Source: an uncultured archaeon
GTDB taxonomy: Archaea > Asgardarchaeota > Thorarchaeia > Thorarchaeales > Thorarchaeaceae
DNA: 64,000 nt
Direction: 5' to 3'
NCBI GenBank assembly: GCA_964631415.1
Contig: CAZVZC010000004.1
Coordinates: forward strand, 17,658 to 81,657
The notes under the pieces were generated by a model. The model did no database searches. It saw nothing but the letters and a program-made list of their open reading frames with translations, and was not told where the DNA came from. Shown one piece after another: positions 48,461 through 58,165 of this stretch (within the stretch, counting starts at the first letter, position 1; each line of letters starts with the position of its first letter). A program made the position numbers and the translations under genes.

Positions 48461-49249
48461 ATGGTACTGTCCGCGGAATCATGGTACCAGTCGATCTTTC
48501 TACGTCATTCAGAACGAGTCTACTCAAGTAAACCTGTCCCAGAGAAGGAATTGCTCGAACTCGACAAGCTATGCGAGCAGTTCCGACCATTCTCGGGTTC
48601 TCGAGCGAAGCTTGTCAGAAACCCGCCAGATGATGTCTTCAAAGGTATCATTGGTCCCTATGGCAAGGTCAAGAACGCCCCGCACTATATCGCGTTCATT
48701 GGTGACACCAAGTCACCGACTGTGGAGGAGGCACTTGGCTACATGGGCGAGGGCATTATCCTCGAGGCGACAGCCCTAGGTCTCAATACATGCTGGGTGG
48801 CCGGGTTCTTCCGTCCAGAGAGAGTGATGGAGCATATCGACGTTTCTGAGAATGAGGTAGTCATGGCAGTCACTCCCATCGGCCATGCGGAGGAGGAATC
48901 TGACCGCATTGAGGAGATGAGGCCGGGCCATGACAAGCCGCACATGCGGCGTGACCTCGAGAGTCTGATGGTGCAGGGCAGTCACACTCCGAAAGATTGG
49001 ATGAGACTGGGGCTTGAGGCCGCAAGATTGGCGCCATCTGCAGTGAACAGGCAGCCATGGCGGTTCCGCCTCGGAGAAGATACGGTGCTGATCGAGCATC
49101 TGAGGACTAGGAACTACTTTCGTATACCTTACCGCCTAGACTGTGGCATCGCAATGCTTCATTTCGAACTGGGGGCACTTGTCGCTGGCGCATCAGGCAA
49201 CTGGACACTGCTACAATCGCCAAGTGTTGCGGAGTACAGAATCACTTAG
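48461..49249 (+). CDS. nitroreductase family protein
   Basis: RHSERVY, LGLNTCWVAG, ARLAPSAVNRQPW, LDCGIAMLHF. Confidence 0.9.
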   Translation: MVLSAESWYQSIFLRHSERVYSSKPVPEKELLELDKLCEQFRPFSGSRAKLVRNPPDDVFKGIIGPYGKVKNAPHYIAFIGDTKSPTVEEALGYMGEGIILEATALGLNTCWVAGFFRPERVMEHIDVSENEVVMAVTPIGHAEEESDRIEEMRPGHDKPHMRRDLESLMVQGSHTPKDWMRLGLEAARLAPSAVNRQPWRFRLGEDTVLIEHLRTRNYFRIPYRLDCGIAMLHFELGALVAGASGNWTLLQSPSVAEYRIT

Positions 49250-49319
49250 TCGACTGGGTTCACATCTTCTTTCTTATGAGCAATCACAAAACGGCGATGG
49301 TTGTGGGGTGACACATGTC

Positions 49320-49601
49320 ATGTCACATGAGGTTGAGATGGAAACTAGTGCGAGAATTTTGTCCATTGCTTCTCGATATATCATAGTCAGTGTGCTGGTG
49401 ATTGCTATCGGCGCTGTCAGCATAGTCTACGCTTTGCTCATCTTCTTAGTGTCCGGGGCAGCGGGCTTGATATTCGAGGTCGCCGCAGGCATCTTCATGG
49501 GTCTGGCTTTCGCCGCAATTGGACTATTCATAGGGGCCTGGGGTCTCTTCTGGATGCGGACTGAGGGAAAGAGACTTCGCAAGATGCTTGAAGCTAAGTA
49601 A
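49320..49601 (+). CDS. small 2-TM membrane protein (paralog A)
   Basis: Shares RI...A.R..I..S......IG....VY and AWGLFW with the next gene. Confidence 0.7.
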   Translation: MSHEVEMETSARILSIASRYIIVSVLVIAIGAVSIVYALLIFLVSGAAGLIFEVAAGIFMGLAFAAIGLFIGAWGLFWMRTEGKRLRKMLEAK

Positions 49602-49616
49602 CGGGAGGTCGTAATA

Positions 49617-49955
49617 ATGGCGAAAGATGATCGAGTGACACACAGTGACGATAAGAAGACAGGACACGAACCAAAGCGCGATATTCCAACTTGGGAGCAG
49701 ATAACCCAGAACGTATATGATCGCATCGAGTGGTATGCCACCCGATTCATTGTGTTCTCAACCGTGGGTGTAGTGATTGGGTTCATCGCTCTTGTCTACG
49801 GCGCATTGGCGGTCGTATACTTTGGACAAAGCCTGCAGGTGGGCAGCGTCTTTCTCGCAGCGTTCGTGGGCATCGGAGCGCTCGTCGCGTCAGTCGTCTT
49901 GCTTGCCTGGGGTTTGTTCTGGCGCAAGAAGGTCGAAACACGAAGCATTTTCTAG
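49617..49955 (+). CDS. small 2-TM membrane protein (paralog B)
   Basis: SD GGAGGT; AWGLFW motif. Confidence 0.75.
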   Translation: MAKDDRVTHSDDKKTGHEPKRDIPTWEQITQNVYDRIEWYATRFIVFSTVGVVIGFIALVYGALAVVYFGQSLQVGSVFLAAFVGIGALVASVVLLAWGLFWRKKVETRSIF

Positions 49956-50054
49956 TCTGACTCCACTTCAATCATACATTGCTGAAGTGCCTGACCCCGA
50001 CAAATGGGGAAATGGGGGCTGCTGAGCCCCCTAGTCTTTCTGATTCGGAATTGT

Positions 50055-50846
50055 CTAGGACTTAGCTGTCTTGCGCCTGCGAAGGAGAAGCAGGGCAAAG
50101 ATAGCGACAACGACAACCAGCGCGGCCGTAACGGCAGTTGCCATTATCGTAACACTGGCCATCTGCTTGACAGCAATACCGACCACGGCCCAGACAAACA
50201 CGAGGCCGAACGCGATGTCACTCCTCCTGATGATCATTAGGAGATTGATCACCAGAGCCACGACTATCACAGCGGCTGTCCAGATCTCTTGTGTGGGCAA
50301 TGGTATTCCAGGCACAAGCACATTCAGAGCGGACGCGATGTTGGCTATGATAGCCACCGAGACCCAACCCAGATAGACGCTCACAGGCAGATGCACTGCG
50401 AGTCTTTGCTTCATGGGAACCTCCTTGATGCCTACCCCAAGTCGTACGTACATCACGAGCAACGACAGTAGAAGTACCGTCATTGGCAGGATAGAAAGTA
50501 GGTAGAGTGAGGGTACACCATAGGAGTAGTGGAACAGGACCAGCCAAGTGATGTTGGCGATTGCAGCCAGAAGATGTAGGAACCCTATCTGTGCAAGATA
50601 GCCTTGACTACGTTGGTTGACCCTTGCCTGATAAATCATGAATGTCACCAGAAGTACATAGATGACACCCCATATCGCAAACACATACCCCGATGGCGTG
50701 AACAGGTTATGGTACGAGTCGGAAACCTGACCAGTGTACACCCCATTCAAGGGAAGAATGTTTGCGAGCAGGTTGACAAGTATCGTGACGAATATCGCCA
50801 GCACGTTTGCAGCCTGCAGGACTTCCGAACTTGTTTTGAATGACAT
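50055..50846 (-). CDS. tryptophan-rich sensory protein (TspO/MBR-like) membrane protein
   Basis: NLLANILPLNG, FTPSGYVFAIWGVIY, SVYLGWVSVA. Confidence 0.8.
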   Translation of the reverse strand: MSFKTSSEVLQAANVLAIFVTILVNLLANILPLNGVYTGQVSDSYHNLFTPSGYVFAIWGVIYVLLVTFMIYQARVNQRSQGYLAQIGFLHLLAAIANITWLVLFHYSYGVPSLYLLSILPMTVLLLSLLVMYVRLGVGIKEVPMKQRLAVHLPVSVYLGWVSVAIIANIASALNVLVPGIPLPTQEIWTAAVIVVALVINLLMIIRRSDIAFGLVFVWAVVGIAVKQMASVTIMATAVTAALVVVVAIFALLLLRRRKTAKS

Positions 50847-50850
50847 GGGT

Positions 50851-50864
50851 TTAACAATTGTTAA
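50851..50864. promoter_or_regulatory. perfect palindrome TTAACAATTGTTAA between TATA and ATG
   Basis: 14-bp palindrome 4 nt upstream of ATG 50846; minus-strand TTATTAA at 50869-50875. Confidence 0.6.
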
Positions 50865-50939
50865 CCCGTTAATAAGTCTTCCCATGTTCATCTGTGCTTG
50901 TGAGCCCGATTCACAGTGCACTTGTAGAATCCGACGTAT

Positions 50940-51668
50940 TCACAAGACTGCCTTGATTGGCGCTCCACAATAGGGGCAGTAGCGATCCTCGGGTTTCAAT
51001 GCAAAGCCGCAGTAGACGCAACCTCTAGCTCCACTGACGCCACTGTCTGCAGGGTGCGCAGGTGCCGAGCTTGTCGTCCCTGTTGCAGGATTGAACCAGA
51101 CATCAGATGCCCCCTTTCTCTTCTGACCGATTATGAATTGTATTGCTTCGTCCTCTGGAACTCCCGCGCTGCCTGCAATCTCAGGCACCGTGCGACCTTG
51201 CCCGCGCTCAAACTCGGTCAGGACCTTTGACCTGTGACTCACGTTCTCGACAACACTTGAGAGAAACACGAACACGAGCACAAAGAGAGGTATCAGAAAC
51301 ACCCAAGAGAAACCACTCTCAAAGTAGAGCCAGCCAAGGATGCCAATCGGAATCAGAACCCCTACTGCGACGCCTTCCTCCTTCTGCTTCCGACGATCGT
51401 AGATGGGTTTTGTGTCGATCTGAGCAGGTATTGGAGTTTCCGAACTGGCAACCGTGTCCTTTCTTGCCCGTATCCTCTTCTCTTCGGTCACACTTGACAC
51501 TAGTGACACAAGTAGGACGAAGATTGGAATCAGAAGCCAGACTACTCCTGTAGCCACCATAATGATGGACAACACCCCTATCGGGATCAGCAGACCAACT
51601 GGCCTGTCTTCCTCATCCTCACTGTCATCATCTTCGTCTTCTCTGAACCGGCGACTATGCATCGGCAC
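50940..51668 (-). CDS. membrane protein with duplicated TM hairpin and C-terminal zinc ribbon
   Basis: VGLLIPIGVL / VGVLIPIGIL repeats; CVYC...CPYC. Confidence 0.75.
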   Translation of the reverse strand: MPMHSRRFREDEDDDSEDEEDRPVGLLIPIGVLSIIMVATGVVWLLIPIFVLLVSLVSSVTEEKRIRARKDTVASSETPIPAQIDTKPIYDRRKQKEEGVAVGVLIPIGILGWLYFESGFSWVFLIPLFVLVFVFLSSVVENVSHRSKVLTEFERGQGRTVPEIAGSAGVPEDEAIQFIIGQKRKGASDVWFNPATGTTSSAPAHPADSGVSGARGCVYCGFALKPEDRYCPYCGAPIKAVL

Positions 51669-51694
51669 ATCCGTTCCTTCCTTATTGTCCTCGG

Positions 51695-52687
51695 TTACGA
51701 CCTGAAGAACCTGTATGCCACGGCAACGATTAGCACTACTGTCAATGCTATACCGGCAGTCAGCCAGAAGCTGCCATCGAGGCCGCTGCCATCTGGTGTC
51801 GTGCTCGTTACTGAGGAGGTCGTGCCATTTGCGTGTTGCGGGACCCATCCGCTCAGAACTGCAGCCAACCACCAGAATGCATGGCCTTTCTGCTCGCAGC
51901 TCGTGTATGTTGTGTGGCCCGCTTGGTCGCCATGGAAGTCCTCGTGCTCGACCGGAATATAGTAGTCCCCATACGCATAGGTGCTCTGTTCACCGTTGCT
52001 CCATGCATCGAGATCTTCGAAGTCAAAGAGCACCTTGTCATTTGCTATGCAATACTGGCGAATCTGCTCGTTCCTCTGCCACCTGTTGTAGCCTTCATCT
52101 CCGGTGGACTGAGCGTTGCATGTCATGTACACAAAGATTACACTGGGATTCGCCGTTTCCAGTGAAGACATCGCATCAAGATAGGCTTGGGTTTCAGCCT
52201 CACCATACCAGTACAGCTGAGTGCACCATGACCATATGGACACGGTCAGTGTGGGGTTCTCATCAAGTGTGTTCTGAGTGATGGCAAGACCATCGGGTGT
52301 TTCCCAGTATAGGTCTGGCGTGATGTATGACTCAGGGGGATTGCCGTCAAGCACGCACAAAGCACCGGACTCGGTTGGCAGGTATCGATCGCCCTGAGCC
52401 TGACTGAAAGTAGAGTTAGCATCCTCAATCAAGTCAAGGCCCGTGGTGATCTGACTGCCATGGCTTGTGTGTGCATAGTGAACTTTCACATCTGACTGAG
52501 CGGCCTCTATCCACTCTGCAGGAATCGCATTCAAGTCTGTGCAGGTGTGGTCTACGATGAGTCCACTCGGCCAGTCAGCAGAAACCCTGCCGGACGTTGT
52601 ATAAAGGATTTCAGAAGAGGCCGAGTAAACCTGTAGGGACAGGAAAAAGACAGACAACAGTAAGGCAAGACTGGCGTGGCGCGGCAT
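51695..52687 (-). CDS. secreted protein with C-terminal TM anchor, uncharacterised (possibly SGNH-like)
   Basis: Signal peptide; HYAHTSHGSQITTG, WSWC, NEQIRQYC, GH; Ser/Thr linker plus TM. Confidence 0.75.
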   Translation of the reverse strand: MPRHASLALLLSVFFLSLQVYSASSEILYTTSGRVSADWPSGLIVDHTCTDLNAIPAEWIEAAQSDVKVHYAHTSHGSQITTGLDLIEDANSTFSQAQGDRYLPTESGALCVLDGNPPESYITPDLYWETPDGLAITQNTLDENPTLTVSIWSWCTQLYWYGEAETQAYLDAMSSLETANPSVIFVYMTCNAQSTGDEGYNRWQRNEQIRQYCIANDKVLFDFEDLDAWSNGEQSTYAYGDYYIPVEHEDFHGDQAGHTTYTSCEQKGHAFWWLAAVLSGWVPQHANGTTSSVTSTTPDGSGLDGSFWLTAGIALTVVLIVAVAYRFFRS

Positions 52688-52804
52688 GTTTCATCCTCCA
52701 AGATTGCCGGCAATCTCACTGGTTAATAGTAAAAGCCTTTTCTCGTGCCAAGTTGCGACCCACACCGATATAACCGCAATCACGCCCTCCGTGTTCAAGA
52801 AGTC

Positions 52805-53623
52805 ATGAGTGAGCGGACTGAAACTGTGTTCGTATCATGTTCCACAATCGGCGGCATAAGATCAGGAGCAGTGCCAGAGCTGTTCCTAATAGACCAAGTC
52901 CGCACGCTGCTAAGAGTCCATGACGCTGGATATCATCACGTCGAAATGATCTACACCAACCAACCAGAATGGGTTGGCAAGACAATAATGGAAGCGTTGG
53001 GTGAGCTCTCGCTTGAACCATACTCAATACACCTGCCGAAGTTCATCTTCTCCTACAGTGACGACGAGTTCACGGCGTTCACTGCCGCAGCATATCCCTT
53101 CATCGAGAAACTGGGGATTCAGGTCGCTGTCCTACACCCGCCCGACCCATCACAGATCATGAACACAGACTGGTCGAAGAGATTCGACACACTCCTAGAA
53201 CTCTCGGAGAAGGCTCACTGCAGACTGACGCTCGAAAACATGCCGTATCTTCCCAATGTGGACCAGTTCATCTTGGATCACATATCAAAGAACGTTTCCA
53301 CCTCCCTTGGCGTCACAATCGACCTAGAGTACATGAGATACAACGGGTCTGACATAGGCGAACTGATCAAGATGTTTGGAGAACGTCTGTTGAATGTTCA
53401 CTTCCGTGACGGGGACGGTAGCCTCGTGGACAGTGAGGGGCACAGGCGATACCTGCTTCCTGGCTCAGGAAACATCGACCTGCTTGGTGTACTCCGAATG
53501 CTCCATCGTTCAGGATACAGTGGAGTACTGACCGTTGAAGTTTCACACAGACAGAGGGACAACATCACCAAAGCCAAGGCGTTTCTTGAGGACAGTCTCA
53601 GAAGCATTGGAGTTCAGCTGTGA
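52805..53623 (+). CDS. sugar phosphate isomerase/epimerase (AP endonuclease 2 TIM barrel)
   Basis: LENM, TIDLEY, NVHFRD, PGSGNID, GYSGVLTVE. Confidence 0.85.
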   Translation: MSERTETVFVSCSTIGGIRSGAVPELFLIDQVRTLLRVHDAGYHHVEMIYTNQPEWVGKTIMEALGELSLEPYSIHLPKFIFSYSDDEFTAFTAAAYPFIEKLGIQVAVLHPPDPSQIMNTDWSKRFDTLLELSEKAHCRLTLENMPYLPNVDQFILDHISKNVSTSLGVTIDLEYMRYNGSDIGELIKMFGERLLNVHFRDGDGSLVDSEGHRRYLLPGSGNIDLLGVLRMLHRSGYSGVLTVEVSHRQRDNITKAKAFLEDSLRSIGVQL

Positions 53624-53651
53624 AAGAAAGAGATGGGGAGTCCAACCCCTC

Positions 53652-55349
53652 TTAGGCAGACTCCCTCACGCGGTTGATTCGAATGCATACTGCTGACAGG
53701 ACAAAGACTGCACTCCCACCTAGGAACAGCGAGGTGTACAGTATCCCTGAGATTCGCCCGCTGACATCACCAGGAGCCATTTGAGGGAACACCGTGAAGA
53801 TTGGGTCGTGAACGATTGAGTACCCGTCCCACTCTCCATAGCACGAGCTGTAGTAGTACGAACCGGACATCATCCCGGTTGATCCTGTGGCAACTCCGCT
53901 CAAAGAGGGGGTTGCTTCTGCAGCAAACGCATAGAGGTACACGGGCATGATTGCTGTGCCCACATCGTGTGTAGAGTTGTCCTTTCTCCAGACATAGGTG
54001 CCGCCAAACTCAACAGATGCCAGCGGGTTCTCACCTTCATTGAAGGAGATTCCCCCACTGATGACGGGTTCTGCCATGTTGACGGTGGTGGGGGCTATTG
54101 GCTGATCATCTCCTCTGACGAGAAGATCAGAGCTCGAGAAGGAGCTCCAGTAGTTCAACATCAGGCTGAGCCCCTCGGCCTGCGGCAGCATGCCGCCTGT
54201 GACCGGTTCTCTAAAGTCACCGATGAGCTGGTCAATCTTCAGTACTGCCGCTTTCTCATTGACCTCAAAGCGATAAGTCATCTTGAGACTGTCAACCTTA
54301 GCCGGGATTGTTTCTGGTTCAGCAAATGGCTCACCACCAGGATAGTCGTATGAGGCGACCATGTACGGATAACGAGAGTTGAGGACGCCCTCAATGTCAA
54401 CGACCTCGGTGCTCCATTCTATCTGTCCTTGTGCGTTCACGAACGGAGTCTGGACACTGCCCACTGCTGCACTCTGTGCATAGAAGTCATACTTCAGTTC
54501 GGAGTTGGTGTAGTTGACCACATAGTACGACCAATCAATGTGACTGTCGTTATCAAAGTCGTACTCGACCAGGTCATAGGCAATGTCTACTACTCCGTCA
54601 TCATCTGTGTCATTGAATACGCTTAGCCCTGAGAAGTAGTGCTGCATCCACTGTGTCTGGTCGTCAGCCGTTGTCATTTCGCTCACATCATATCCAAAAC
54701 CGCAGTAGTACCAGTCCTGAGCATCACTGTATGATCCGTTCATGAAGGATGCCCACTGATACTCCTCCTTCAGGAGTGGAACAATCAGACTAGGGTCTAC
54801 GACACTCCAATTCTCATCCATCCATGTGTACTGGGCGCTGTACGAGTAGCTGTAGTTGTAGGTGCTATAGTAGAACGAAGAATAGACAAGGACCTCGTCT
54901 CCTGTGAGCGCATCGGCAGTCGGCCACCAGTACATCATCCAGATGTCACCGGCTGTTGGCTGAGTAGATAGCCATGAGATGAAGCTACCATCAGGATCTA
55001 GCACTATCGTCACAAGTAGATTCGAAAAAGACCAATCGGAAGTCGAGTTGTATTCGGCGTCTTCAAGGATCCAGTAAGTGTTGTTGTTTCTGTCCTCCAC
55101 CATGTAGTAGTACTCGTAGTCGTACTCATTGCGCATCTCTACAGGAACTGGCCCCATATCGTCACTGGATGCGTTCCACCATTGCCAGTAGACATAGACA
55201 CTGGGCAGCATCTCATCAAAGGGTACGGTGGTCTGTATTGGCGTGGTGATTGGGCCCGTCTGCATGGCAGCGACCGGACCGACACCAAGCAACAACAGGG
55301 CGGCCAGTAGCCCTATTGTAGTGGCGCATTGCCGTGCTCGATCGTTCAT
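53652..55349 (-). CDS. acidic Tyr-rich cell-surface glycoprotein with C-terminal TM
   Basis: Signal peptide, many NxS/T sites, Dx[DN]xDG-like loop (NDTDDDGVVD), HDP motif before the TM. Confidence 0.75.
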   Translation of the reverse strand: MNDRARQCATTIGLLAALLLLGVGPVAAMQTGPITTPIQTTVPFDEMLPSVYVYWQWWNASSDDMGPVPVEMRNEYDYEYYYMVEDRNNNTYWILEDAEYNSTSDWSFSNLLVTIVLDPDGSFISWLSTQPTAGDIWMMYWWPTADALTGDEVLVYSSFYYSTYNYSYSYSAQYTWMDENWSVVDPSLIVPLLKEEYQWASFMNGSYSDAQDWYYCGFGYDVSEMTTADDQTQWMQHYFSGLSVFNDTDDDGVVDIAYDLVEYDFDNDSHIDWSYYVVNYTNSELKYDFYAQSAAVGSVQTPFVNAQGQIEWSTEVVDIEGVLNSRYPYMVASYDYPGGEPFAEPETIPAKVDSLKMTYRFEVNEKAAVLKIDQLIGDFREPVTGGMLPQAEGLSLMLNYWSSFSSSDLLVRGDDQPIAPTTVNMAEPVISGGISFNEGENPLASVEFGGTYVWRKDNSTHDVGTAIMPVYLYAFAAEATPSLSGVATGSTGMMSGSYYYSSCYGEWDGYSIVHDPIFTVFPQMAPGDVSGRISGILYTSLFLGGSAVFVLSAVCIRINRVRESA

Positions 55350-55524
55350 CGATAGACCTCATTCGTTGTTGTCGGTAGGCCTGCTAGGAAACAGAAAGAA
55401 CATAGTTGTTACCTGTGAACTGTTCCAGAACAGAGAGTTGAAGGATATGATTTGCCTTGAAAAACGATTACGAGGGCGAATAGGTCTTCGAATCGTTCGA
55501 AGAGATGATTTCGATGAGTAAAAA

Positions 55525-56019
55525 TCATCGTGGGACATTGCGTACCAGAACGACTGTCTTGGTCCTGCCGTGGGCCTCTCGACTGATAAGCGATTTTCTC
55601 TCCAGTGAAGACAGGATGACACTCAATGTTGACTTGCTCAGGCCCGATACTCTTCTGAGCTCGTCTTGAGCCATCTCACCGCCGTTCTCCTCCAATCGGT
55701 TGATCACTCGTCTTTCGGTGCTACTCAGAGTGATCACTAGGACCTTTTCGCTCTCGGATACAGGGACTTGAGTTTCAGTGCCTGCCACCAAGCCCTCTAA
55801 GCGAGAAACCCTTCTCTGAAGCCTCAGTACTACTAGGACTGCCACGTTCACAATCAGTACTAAGGATATCACGAGTGCGATTGTGGTGGCAAGGAACACT
55901 ATCTCTTTGGCGATGGGCATCGCCGCCATCCAGACCCCTACAGAAGCAGACAGTATCACTACAGAGATGCCAACGAGGACTGCATCGATCTTCGCATCCC
56001 GGTCTTCATGTCCGTCCAT
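55525..56019 (-). CDS. membrane-tethered winged-HTH regulator
   Basis: Two TM helices, then LSSTERRVI..L...GGEMAQDELRRVSGLSKSTLS..L..LE. Confidence 0.85.
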   Translation of the reverse strand: MDGHEDRDAKIDAVLVGISVVILSASVGVWMAAMPIAKEIVFLATTIALVISLVLIVNVAVLVVLRLQRRVSRLEGLVAGTETQVPVSESEKVLVITLSSTERRVINRLEENGGEMAQDELRRVSGLSKSTLSVILSSLERKSLISREAHGRTKTVVLVRNVPR

Positions 56020-56299
56020 CTGTGGCACCTTCTGATGGTAGTCTGTCACCTCTTGCTACCGTAAAAGCAGATTGAGGCGTCCTAGTCAATCAACAGATTC
56101 TCACGTCTTCTTCCAGACGCTTTGACTGAAGATATGTGCAGGAAACCCGCCAGTGCTGATGAAGTTGACGCCGACAGAGACCTGACACAGAGCGGCCCAG
56201 AGTAGACATACATGGTACATTGCACAGGATTGCTGACAGTCTGCTATCATAGAACAAAGAATAATACGGTCCCTCCACTTTCCAGCTAATGTCATGTGA

Positions 56300-57340
56300 A
56301 TGGGGCTTGGTGAGATGCTGAAGGAGATATACCTTATCAGCCATGGTTTGCTGCTGTTCCACTACAACAGGGACAGGAGTCAGAGCGACACAGACGAGGC
56401 AGTCCTCTCATCGGGTCTCATGAGTGCCATGCGCGATTTCAGTGAACAAACGAGATCAGACGTACTTCAGTCGTTCTCCACTGAGAACGAGTACTTCCTA
56501 TTCCAACCATGCAAGGACATGAATCGGATCATTGTTGGGGTGTTTGACCGCCGTGCACCTGAGGAACTGGCAAGGGACATTCTGGATCGGATACAACGGC
56601 TCATCGCGGCCACAAGAATGCCTGAAACCATAGGGGTCCAGTTGAAACCCGAGGAGAAGGATGATCTCAGGAGCAGAATCGACAAGATACTGGATCAGAC
56701 GTTCAACACTGGGCAGATGGCAGCATTTGTGGAGAAGCAGATGAGCGGAAGAACAGACATTCCACTCGCTTTTGTCTTGGATTTGGATGAAAAGAAAGTC
56801 CTAGCTCATTTCGCAAGGCCACATCCTCTCTTCAAGGACACTCAAGTCAGGGATCTTCTGCTAGTTCACACGACAATCTGCACGACACTATCCAAGCTTG
56901 GCATTGGTGAGAAGTACAGCTATTTCTCGGTGCAGTCACCAGAGTACTCCATTGCTACCTGTTGGAGTGGACGGCTGCTGAGCATGGCCACCGGAGCTAT
57001 GCAGGCCCGAAGAGAAGACGTGAGGCAGGCTGCCGCGCAGATCTGCTTTCAAGACACTGAGGAACCCGGAGTTAGCTCTCCAGATGCCCCGCGACTTCTC
57101 AATAAGTCTAGCCTCCTGGAGAACGGAGTGGTTTCTCACCAGTCTGGCGAATTCCTTCCCGCTATCAGTGGAGTGTTGCTGTCGACACTCGCCAACAACT
57201 TGGATGGTTTCTTCAAGTCCATAACCCGGCGCACCTTCCAAGGATTCGAGATTGCCAGTCGCAATGGCAGCCCAAAGAAACTGGTAGTGACCCGAAAGGA
57301 GTCCGAGAAGACAATGACAGTCGAAGTATATCAACAGTGA
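56300..57340 (+). CDS. longin-like domain protein (possibly multiple longin/roadblock domains)
   Basis: MLKEIYLISHGLLLFHY...LSSGLMSAMRDFS...LQSF matches the longin beta-beta-alpha-beta pattern. Confidence 0.7.
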   Translation: MGLGEMLKEIYLISHGLLLFHYNRDRSQSDTDEAVLSSGLMSAMRDFSEQTRSDVLQSFSTENEYFLFQPCKDMNRIIVGVFDRRAPEELARDILDRIQRLIAATRMPETIGVQLKPEEKDDLRSRIDKILDQTFNTGQMAAFVEKQMSGRTDIPLAFVLDLDEKKVLAHFARPHPLFKDTQVRDLLLVHTTICTTLSKLGIGEKYSYFSVQSPEYSIATCWSGRLLSMATGAMQARREDVRQAAAQICFQDTEEPGVSSPDAPRLLNKSSLLENGVVSHQSGEFLPAISGVLLSTLANNLDGFFKSITRRTFQGFEIASRNGSPKKLVVTRKESEKTMTVEVYQQ

Positions 57341-57412
57341 TGAACTCGGTCCAGACAGTAAGCGATTTTAGATGCGGGTCCACACTACTCAACCGCTAGA
57401 GTTGGGAACACA

Positions 57413-58150
57413 ATGAGCACTGCTAGTATGAATAAGTCCGCGACAAGACGGTCAGAGCTTGATGCTGTCTTTCTATACATGGGAATACTGGACGCGTACG
57501 AGGCAGTTGGCATCGAGCTCATCGGTTCAAAGGTCTTAGACGAACAGGTGCTGCCGCGCATGGCCTATTATGTGAAGGAATTCTTGCCAGAGCTGTCGTC
57601 GGCCAAGGGAAGCTCTGAGGACCTGGTGCCAGAACTGAGAGTATTCCTGAAGGACTTCCGTGAGAGAGTACAGAAGGCGAAACAGACGGGGTCGGCTCAG
57701 GGCTTGTCAATGGAGGACATCTGGAAGCTGAGAGCAGCTGTCTTTGGGTTCGAAAGTGTCTTCATCAGTATCTTGGGTGACGCCGCAATCAAGAACTACG
57801 TCTTCGTGAGAATGTCTGACATTCTGTCAGCCTACTTGCCCGAGAATCTCCTCGATCCTAAGATTTCACTTCTCCAGAAGCTAGAAGCCTATGCGAAGTA
57901 CATCAAGGAACATGGATTCGTTGGGTACTCTAGGGTTTCGGTTGACAGACAGGGCATAACCGTCGCTGCAAACAACTGTGCCTTTGCCAGAATCCACGAT
58001 TCGGAGGCATACAGAAACCTGAACGTGAGGTTCTGTCCGTGGGGGATGATTGCTTCTGCGATAATAGCCGGGCACGAGGGCAAGGGATCACTGTTGAAGT
58101 CGAGTACTTTCACAACAAGGGGGAGTCTAAGCAAGATATCGTCCAATTAG
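57413..58150 (+). CDS. V4R/methanogen-output-domain-like protein with duplicated helical module
   Basis: C-terminal ANNCAF...FCPWGMIASAII. Confidence 0.6.
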   Translation: MSTASMNKSATRRSELDAVFLYMGILDAYEAVGIELIGSKVLDEQVLPRMAYYVKEFLPELSSAKGSSEDLVPELRVFLKDFRERVQKAKQTGSAQGLSMEDIWKLRAAVFGFESVFISILGDAAIKNYVFVRMSDILSAYLPENLLDPKISLLQKLEAYAKYIKEHGFVGYSRVSVDRQGITVAANNCAFARIHDSEAYRNLNVRFCPWGMIASAIIAGHEGKGSLLKSSTFTTRGSLSKISSN

Positions 58151-58165
58151 AAAGGAGGAGGAGTC

